A stretch of DNA of 60,460 nt, counting the filler. It is 9 parts of 9 records of this genome, joined end to end, with 100 filler letters (N's around TTAATTAATTAA, not from the genome) between each part and the next. Parts side by side here need not be neighbours in the genome. Positions count along the whole stretch, not along the records: positions 49,932 to 55,220 come from SRR31147125_45630; positions 55,321 to 60,460 come from SRR31147125_45640; 7 more parts are not named here. One strand, written 5' to 3'. Under the pieces are notes generated by a model that saw only the letters and a list, made by a program, of their open reading frames with translations, made no database searches and was not told where the DNA came from. The position numbers and the translations under genes are program-made. Positions 53,114 to 60,460 of this stretch are shown here, in pieces (within the stretch, counting starts at the first letter, position 1; every line of letters starts with the position of its first letter).

Positions 53114-54061
53114 ATGAATTTTTATTTTGTATTGACTTTGATTTTTTTGAGTACATTTTTGTTAACAATAACATTATTACGAATATATAGTTATAAAACA
53201 AATATTACTCGTAAAAGGTTGAAAAAATACGAATATACTTCAAATCTGGAGACTTATAATAATCTTGTTAAAAAGGCTCGATTAAAAGAGGATAAAAAGT
53301 CTTCGGTATATGGTCATCTCATGCACAAGGTGAGTCGAATTTCGGAGAAAGATAATCGCCGTGTTAATAAAATTCGACAGAATTTATTGCAGGCCGGATA
53401 TTATAATGATAATAGTCTTGTCGTATTTATCATATTAAGGATAATATCGATACCTGTTTTTTCCCTTGCTTACTTTTATTTTGCTACTTTAAATGAAAAT
53501 CCCAATACCTCGATATTGTTCAATGCTGTTTTGATTGGTATTGTTGGTTATATACTGCCACAGATTATATTGAATTTTAAAATACGAAAGCGTCAGGAGG
53601 CCATCGCATCGGGTCTGGGTGATGCTCTGGATCTCCTGGTCATATGCGTTGAAGCTGGCCTGGGGCTGAATGCGGCTATCTTGCGGGTCAGCCAGGATAT
53701 CGTCTTGCGATGTAAGGAACTTGGGGAAGAATTACATCTTGTTAATCAGGAATTGAGAACAGGAATTGCACGGGAACAGGCTTTGAGAAATCTTGCCAAT
53801 CGAAATCGTGTCCAGGATATAAAGATATTAGTGGGCGCCCTGGTTTTAGCGGATAAGCTGGGTACCAGCATTGCGGACACATTACGAGCTCAGTCTGATT
53901 CATTAAGGACCCGAATCCGCCAAAGGGCTGAGGAACAGGCTGCCAAGGCCGGGATTAAAATGCTGTTTCCACTTGCGCTTTTTATTTTGCCTGCGCTTAT
54001 GATTATATTGATGGGACCTGCCATTATTACTCTTTATAATACACTTATTAATACAAATTAG
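53114..54061 (+). CDS. tadC: Tad pilus platform protein TadC
   Basis: DALDLLVICVEAGLGL, AEEQAAK, KMLFPL..FILPAL. Confidence 0.94.
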   Translation: MNFYFVLTLIFLSTFLLTITLLRIYSYKTNITRKRLKKYEYTSNLETYNNLVKKARLKEDKKSSVYGHLMHKVSRISEKDNRRVNKIRQNLLQAGYYNDNSLVVFIILRIISIPVFSLAYFYFATLNENPNTSILFNAVLIGIVGYILPQIILNFKIRKRQEAIASGLGDALDLLVICVEAGLGLNAAILRVSQDIVLRCKELGEELHLVNQELRTGIAREQALRNLANRNRVQDIKILVGALVLADKLGTSIADTLRAQSDSLRTRIRQRAEEQAAKAGIKMLFPLALFILPALMIILMGPAIITLYNTLINTN

Positions 54062-54098
54062 TAAAACAAACAATATCTCTAAAATTTATCGAAAAAAA

Positions 54099-55076
54099 AT
54101 GCCAATAGTTAATCTAAAAAACAAACAGACTTTGCCGCATAGTGTACATATAGCGGATTCCATCTATTCTCGTTTGATTGGACTTTTGGGTACGACAAAG
54201 GCGGATCCTTTAGTTGCCTTGCACATCGTTCCATGTAATTCTGTACATACCTTTGGTATGAAATATCCGGTTGATATTGTTTTTCTCGATAAGAATCATA
54301 AAGTGTTACATGTTGTTAAAAATTTGCAACAAAATAAAATGACTAAAATCATACCTTCCGCAAAATCCATTGTCGAGTTTTCAGCCGGTTCTGTTGATAA
54401 AAATAACATTGTTATCGGGGATTATTTGACCATTTCACCGGATGAGAAACACAAGCCAAACTTTCAGGCATTAAAATATATGACCCGGTGGCCAATAAAT
54501 ATTTTTATGGCATTGCTTTGGATTCAATTTGTGCTGATTTCTGTTAATAAATTTTCTGGTGATCAAAATCTGGTCAACATGGGAATTCTTATTTTCAATA
54601 CCATTGTGCTCGTTTTATTTTTAACAAGAAGAGAAAGTTACAACGTATCCTATAAGGTTTTGGATTGGATTATTCCAATTGGAACCGTTATCGGTTCCAT
54701 GTTGCTCAGACCTAATCCCAGTAACGATTATTTTCTATTAAATACTTCTATATTTATTCAAGTTATTGGAATTGCTGCTGTTGTCTTTTCACTGTCGAGT
54801 TTGGGGCGTAGTTTTGGTATTATTCCAGCCAATCGGACAATTAAAAGTGCCGGCGCGTATAAAATAGTAAGGCATCCACTCTATATAAGTGAATTCATCT
54901 TTTATACAGGTTTTTTAATTGGCAATTATTCCGAAAGAAATATTATTCTGCTTATTTTCACCACCTTGGGTCAGTTATGGAGAATCTATTCTGAGGAGAA
55001 ACTGCTGTCTAAAGATCCAAATTATCTGAATTACGCAAAAACTGTTCGTTACCGGCTTATTCCAGGTTTGTTTTAA
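54099..55076 (+). CDS. Fusion of DUF192 domain and isoprenylcysteine/phospholipid methyltransferase-family membrane domain
   Basis: N-terminal RLIGLLG, PCNSVHTFGMKYPVDIVFLD (DUF192); C-terminal LGRSFGIIPANR, GAYKIVRHPLY, EEKLL, Y..Y...VRYRLIPG. Confidence 0.85.
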   Translation: MPIVNLKNKQTLPHSVHIADSIYSRLIGLLGTTKADPLVALHIVPCNSVHTFGMKYPVDIVFLDKNHKVLHVVKNLQQNKMTKIIPSAKSIVEFSAGSVDKNNIVIGDYLTISPDEKHKPNFQALKYMTRWPINIFMALLWIQFVLISVNKFSGDQNLVNMGILIFNTIVLVLFLTRRESYNVSYKVLDWIIPIGTVIGSMLLRPNPSNDYFLLNTSIFIQVIGIAAVVFSLSSLGRSFGIIPANRTIKSAGAYKIVRHPLYISEFIFYTGFLIGNYSERNIILLIFTTLGQLWRIYSEEKLLSKDPNYLNYAKTVRYRLIPGLF

Positions 55077-55170
55077 ATCCTATTCGTCGGGGATTAAATT
55101 TTAAGATAAACGCTTGAACACTTGACACAGTGATTTTATAAAAATAAGAGATAAACAACCCTCTGCTCCC

Positions 55171-55202
55171 TGGATTCCCGATAGGAGACCTCGGGAATGA
55201 CA
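55171..55202. repeat. REP-like palindromic element
   Basis: TGGATTCCCGA-TAGGAGACC-TCGGGAATGACA; ATTCCCG...CGGGAAT core close to the contig end. Confidence 0.5.
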
Positions 55203-55220
55203 CTTTTAGTTTGAATGTGC

Positions 55221-55320
55221 NNNNNNNNNNNNNNNNNNNNNNNNNNNNNNNNNNNNNNNNNNNNTTAATTAATTAANNNNNNNNNNNNNNNNNNNNNNNN
55301 NNNNNNNNNNNNNNNNNNNN
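55221..55320. other. Artificial contig spacer
   Basis: N44-TTAATTAATTAA-N44. Confidence 0.99.
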
Positions 55321-58300
55321 GAAGACACAGGAGGGGAGTGTTCTGCCTTGGATTGCGTTGGCAATGATGGGGAATGCGGTCTTTGATGATGAATCCAGGA
55401 ACTTGGTTCACGCCCATACGTCGGCGTTGTGGGTGTTTGGGGTTTGTGTGTTGGCTCCACGGGGGGTGGGTCATTGTCGTCCGGCCTTTTTGGAAGGGAG
55501 GGAAGCCACTTGGGACGTCCGCGATCTGATTCTTGAACGGGAACATCAGGAGCGGGAGGAAGCGAAGGAAGAAATGCTGGATCAGTCGTTTGGGACACAG
55601 CGACAGTCTCGGCAACTCCTCCTATTCCCGCAGGCTCGATCCTTGTAGACCTACGAGCTGCTTTCTGGGACATTTCTTCTTGCATTTCCTGCCAAGCGAA
55701 CAGAAGAGGAATGAGTTGGATCCACACCAAGCCTTCCCTACAAACCCTTCTGGGCTTGCCAAACCACAAGGCGGCACCCAAAATGGAGGCAACAAGGAGG
55801 GAAGCCCCAATAGCACCGAGGATTGTCCCCAGGGCACTCGACGATCCTGTGGTGGCCGGTTCGGGAGTCTATCACCCCATGCACCATACGTTACTCTGTG
55901 TGTTCTGCAATCATTCCATCGTTTCGCACCTTAGAGGCCTCCATGGCCAATGCAAACTCACCAAACGAGCACACCGTCACAAAATACGTTCGTGCCTCAG
56001 TGTCACTCTCTGATTCTCGCATATCAGGGGCACACTCTGCACCGGCTAGCATCCACGTTCCATCCCCATCATGCCAGAAAAGGCGCACAGGCGTCCCAGC
56101 CACCAGATCAACATTTCCATAGTCCAACAAGATTCCCACGTTTGAGATCTCGGCATCGGTGGTGGAGTCGTCCGTCAGCAGTTCCATCAAGAAATGAGCA
56201 CCCCCTACGAGCACCCAGCCCACAGGACCAGTGTCTAGAGTATCGCGAAGGGTTTCGTCGTGGGCCAGGATCTGGAGTGCAACTGAAAGCCCCGTATTGT
56301 TGAACGCAGGGAAGAAGAGAGAGACAGACAATTCGTCCGCCCATAGCTGTATGACTGTCTCGTTCTCGCCCTTTAGGGGCACAGTATCTTGGGTTTTGAG
56401 AATCCACTTTGTCTGTACCGTTGTTGAGAGTCCAACCCCGTTCGTTGCCCGTGCCGTGAACCAATAACCCCTCCCCTGCACGAGCACGAGAAACACTATG
56501 AATCTCACACACAACACAACTTCAGAAGCACGTACAAGAAGGAATCCCGACTCAATTGAGAAGGTGAAATTGAATCGAGTCACCGAAGTGAACGGTTGGA
56601 TGTCCTCATTCTGTACGGCATCATATCCAACTGCATACTCATAGGTGTGGATTCCCGTATCTTCGTCCTCCATCTGTGGCAAGTGCAGTTCTACTGCATC
56701 CCCAGTGGATTCGTCCTCTAGCACCACAATTTCGATGACGCCCAGGGCAATAGGTGCCGTTTCATCCTCTGGACTTGGTGTTACGGAGGAAGTCGGTGAT
56801 CCTGTTGGTGTGGGGGATCTTGTTGTTGACGATGGTGTTGTTGAGGGAAGTGGGGTTGATGTGGCCATTGAGGATGCACTTGGTTCATTGCTCCTACTCG
56901 GTGATCGAGAGGCCGAAGCGGTGCTCGTTGGGCTTGGTGTTCGACTCGAACTTGGAATACGAGAAGCTGCGATTGCGTTATCGAAGAATCACACTTGTGT
57001 ATCGTACCTGATGCAGTAGTCGTTGGCGTTGATGTCCGCGTTGGTGTTCGCGTAGCAGTAACAGATCGTGTCGGACTCCTCGACGATGTGGAGGAGGGAG
57101 ATGATCCAGACGACGGAGATGCTGTTGGCGAGGATGTCCGAGTTTGAGAGGGTGAGGTGGTGGGCGACACTGACACATCGTTGTGTCAGATCAAGATCAA
57201 GATTAAGATCAAGATCGTTCACCTGTTGGGGACAGTGTTTGGGATGGGGAGCTTGCTCGCGTGGAACTCGGTGTTCGAGAAGGGGTTCGAGATGCTGTGT
57301 AGGCCGAAGGAACAGATCAGGATCTGCTGCACCCAAACAGGACCACGAACGTGTTGTACTACGTGTTGAGCTGGGTGTCATTGAGCGGCTAGGAGTTCGT
57401 GTGGCTGTGGCTGGTGTGGGAGAAAGATGATGAACAAAGGAATACCGAGTAGAACACCAATCACCTGTTGCAGTACGTGAGGGACTTGGCGTTCGCGTAC
57501 GGGTGGGTGACACTGAGGGTGTCCTGGTGGAAGAGGGGGTACGCGATCGAGATGGTGTGGCTGAGGGCATACGTGTGAAATCACTGCACACACATACACA
57601 CACACGCATACACCCACCTGATCGAGTGGGAGAACGAGTCGGACTTCGTGAAGGAGTCCGCGACGGCGTCCGCGATGGCGTCCGACTTGGGGTTGGTGTT
57701 CGACTGGGAGTTGGCGTTGAAGACGCCGGCACAGAAGACGGTGACGCGGATGGTTCTGATTCGCATGGCTCGCCAACAACATACTGGAACAACCGTTACC
57801 TTACTCTGGCCTGAATCCTACGGCGCGCACGTACTTGGACTCCTGTGCACAGGGAATTGTCTCGACTTCCAAGCATTGGGGTCATGGAACAACTGGAAAA
57901 CTCGCTCTTCGTGTCTGCATACGTGGTGGCCCCCATGATGAAACGATTATTGCTGCACCACACACATGTCAAGATGTCAAGATCCCAGATTCGAATCAGT
58001 GATTCATATGCAAACGCACCACGAGCCCGTGTCGTGCCCTGCACCAAAGATATGGCTGGTACAGGAGTACAGAGTCAGAACAGCAACAATCAATCAATCC
58101 CAATGTACCCTTCCTCGTGCGTTGTCACGATCATGTGAACATATGCATTGGACGTATAGCTGGAGTCCGTGATCGTACACACACGCTTTCGCGGATAGAA
58201 ATCACACATGGTTCCCGTGTCTGGTACAATCAGAGAGCATGAACCTCGTGTATAGCAGGCACATTTTCCAGTCACGCACAAGCAACTCCGACGTTGGAAC

Positions 58301-59673
58301 CCGTATTTCGAGCAATATGGAGCACGCCCGTGTGAGCAAAGATATCTTCGTTCTGTTCTCTCCAGGTGAAGAATGAATCCACAACCTGATCCGCCAATTC
58401 TCGTCAGCGTGGAATCCAACAGTGTACGACTGCACCTCACCGTCACCAAGTTCGTTGACGTGGAGTAGGGATCCGCAGAGGTCCACACGATCATCGAGAT
58501 GATCTCGAAGCTTGAGCACATTTGATCGCAATTCCGCCAGATCACATTGGAGCTGGCCTGCACCGAAGCCAACTTATCACTCGTCCCTGACCCATACTTC
58601 TGGTAGTAGTCATCTGCCCGAGCGTGGTGATCGTGTTCATTGGACCATCAACACAACACAATGCAGCAACGTAAACGCACACGAGCCCACAACTTGTGTA
58701 GGAACCCTGAAGTGATATGGCCAGCATGTGTGGTGGCGTGCCATTGAGATATTGCTCCGATGGTCCTCGTGGACGACAAAGTGATTTGAATGAGACTCCT
58801 TCCCGTCCTGATCTACATCTGATGTTGCACAACCGACTTCTATAGGGACTTCCACATCAGATCCACGATACACCACCTGGACGAGACATGGGGAGGCTGA
58901 ACGGACATGGGAAACGAGCGACGCACGGTAGTTCCTGTGAACATGCTCCGAACGTCGTCGATCGTCATCCCACGGCCCTTGAGAAGGGTACGCTCTGTCT
59001 TACCACCTTCATGTTCCATACGCCACTCGAGTTCGTACAACGCCTCGTCAAATGGCACCAACATGAGAATTTCTGTATCGGAGAGAGCCAACGTGCCACG
59101 AAGGGTAATCCCAGAGTCCCACGCGCTCCTGATGAGGGGAAGCAGAGGCGTGGGAAATACAAAAGAATGCGCATAGAACGTTCGACGCGTGACCGAAGCC
59201 CACCTCTTCGGAAGCCGAAGCGCCACACGAGACCCTGGCACACCATCTACATGCCCCCAGTAATGTTGGTTCTCGAAATCCTTGCGTCGTGCAACGATCC
59301 GACGGACTCCATGCCACACTTCCGTAAGTGTGAAGTTGGGATGATAAAGATGCTTGTCTTCCTCCACACTCAGCACAAGCTGGCGATCGCCCGGAACGTC
59401 CACCTCCAGAAGGACACGATCTGATCCACCATCCTCCCGTTGACGTCCCGCGTGGAGAATTCGCGGGACGCCTGCCTCTATGGTCCCCTCACGCACTTCA
59501 GGAAATAATTTGTGGAGTGCATTCCCTGGAACCAGAACCAATTGGGGCCTTGTTGGTCCATCTCCGCCCAGCAACGCACCACGTCGTCCATCACGCGAAG
59601 ACGCAACAAGGACTACGGAACCAAGAAGCAGAGCAAGTAGAACACACAAAAAACGTGGTGGAAGGACCTGCAT
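55321..59673 (-). CDS. Eukaryotic intron-containing ADAM/reprolysin-like (M12B metzincin) type I membrane metalloprotease, 3' truncated
   Basis: Signal peptide and M12B-like propeptide. Removing GT-AG introns (59129-59203, 58877-58926, 58614-58680, 58386-58440, 58221-58279, 58056-58108, 57953-58019, 57784-57834, 57561-57617, 57411-57464, ~57295-57350, 57170-57222, 56967-57007, 56476-56535, 55869-55929, 55689-55745) gives VGVAYTGTMC, HEEGHIFGAGHD, Met-turn FIM, FSSCS, an S/T/P stalk, an FN3-like domain, one TM helix and a Pro-rich tail. Confidence 0.88.
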
Positions 59674-59831
59674 GGCCCCCGCTCAGAGTGTGGGGGAAGG
59701 GAAGTGGGAAACCACCCCATCCCAAATTTGTTCCATTCCATTCCAGGGGTCACGTGGGCACGAAATTGTGGGTTACCCCCATCATCCCACAGATGATCTG
59801 TACATGCACGTACAGTACAAACATGCAAAAC

Positions 59832-60360
59832 TCAAACACCTTCAAAGTCTCCTGCCCATACGTCTTCTGTTTCATCAATGGGCCAGTGTTCCTCATAGGG
59901 TTCCTCATAGGCATGCTCTGGTTTCGGTGTGTCGTCGAAATCGCGGGCTGTCAGTCCATAGTCTTCCTCTTCAACAAGAGTCCCAGCGGCAGGGGCTGAT
60001 GGATCCAAAGCAAGCTCAGGGTGTGGGGCACGCCGCCGTGTTGATCCACTGTAAGGCGACTCTGCTTGATCCTGGAAGGTATCTCTACGTTGAAGGCGTT
60101 TTCGACGAGTTGTTGTATCCGCTTGCTGAGTTCGTGCTGAGCTCGAATCCATATGCTCGACCCTCGCGGTTGGCTTGGCCGTTGCGAGTGGAGTCCCACG
60201 GCGAGTCGTACCCTGATCACGGACACTTTCAACACGCCCAGTCGATTTCTGGCGAGCTGAGCGTCGTTGTTCCTCAAGGAAATCAGCAGCAGTCTTGGGA
60301 GTGCTCTTGGGGGTCCGTCTGCTTCGTAAGCCCCCTCTTCTGATGTCTCGTTCTGTCGAC
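59832..60360 (-). CDS. Probable 3' exon of an upstream eukaryotic gene (low-complexity, acidic tail)
   Basis: Open frame with a basic then acidic disordered sequence; no family recognised; 5' boundary uncertain. Confidence 0.4.
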
Positions 60361-60432
60361 CACCCACGACGGCCGCCTAACAACCAACACTCAATTTTAA
60401 GGGCCAAAGGCACAAAAACAAGCGCACAGCAG

Positions 60433-60460
60433 GCACAGAAGGCACAGAAGGCACAGAAGG
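60433..60460 (+). repeat. Short tandem repeat (GCACAGAAG)x3
   Basis: Seen directly at the window end. Confidence 0.7.

Noticed and set aside
7523..55320. Eight regularly recurring TTAATTAATTAA motifs within N runs
   Set aside because: Identical 100-bp artificial joins with stops in all six frames; not biological. ORFs running into them (ending LIN or X runs) are artefacts
56780..57760. Repetitive DNA resembling a repeat array or CRISPR
   Set aside because: It is the Ser/Thr/Pro-rich stalk coding sequence plus intronic microsatellites; no constant repeat with unique spacers
59480..60343. 287-aa plus-strand ORF in the eukaryotic contig
   Set aside because: Antisense to the signal-peptide exon of the metalloprotease gene and has no recognisable features

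Overview
This window is not one locus. It is nine unrelated contigs joined by eight artificial 100-bp spacers (44 N + TTAATTAATTAA + 44 N), so neighbourhood arguments hold only within a contig. Taxonomic labels are my inference from composition and protein style. (1) 1-7522, GC-rich, spirochaete-like: MATE pump, AT-rich inserted lipoprotein gene, tandem LEA_2 lipoprotein, and a LytS/LytTR pair with three 21-bp-phased repeats facing a bactofilin-like membrane protein. (2) 7623-13989, clostridial: ABC-F ribosomal protection protein with an attenuator-like leader and an apparent ATT start codon, small Zn-ribbon/DUF3795/GyrI-like genes, phnDC. (3) 14090-24227, Bacteroidota: glgP, XRE-cupin regulator, acyl-CoA synthetase, atypical thioredoxin, pyrC, GT2, NifA-like activator. 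(4) 24328-31847, Desulfobacteraceae-like: five-gene phosphorelay convergent with a membrane protein / Tat-exported MBL hydrolase / extended COG0523 GTPase cluster. (5) 31948-37566, Mollicutes/Izemoplasmatales-like: two fused ABC ATPase-permeases, DUF134, NifB/NifX-family protein. (6) 37667-44562, clostridial: sugar ABC operon and hexokinase. (7) 44663-49831: FG-GAP protein, arsR-arsM, Nramp-like transporter, ferritin. (8) 49932-55220: Tad pilus genes ending in a DUF192-methyltransferase fusion. (9) 55321-60460, eukaryotic: an ADAM/reprolysin-like membrane metalloprotease gene with about 16 short introns, invisible in the ORF track. Many genes carry small frameshifts that look like sequencing errors. 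No rRNA, tRNA, CRISPR array or transposase was recognised.
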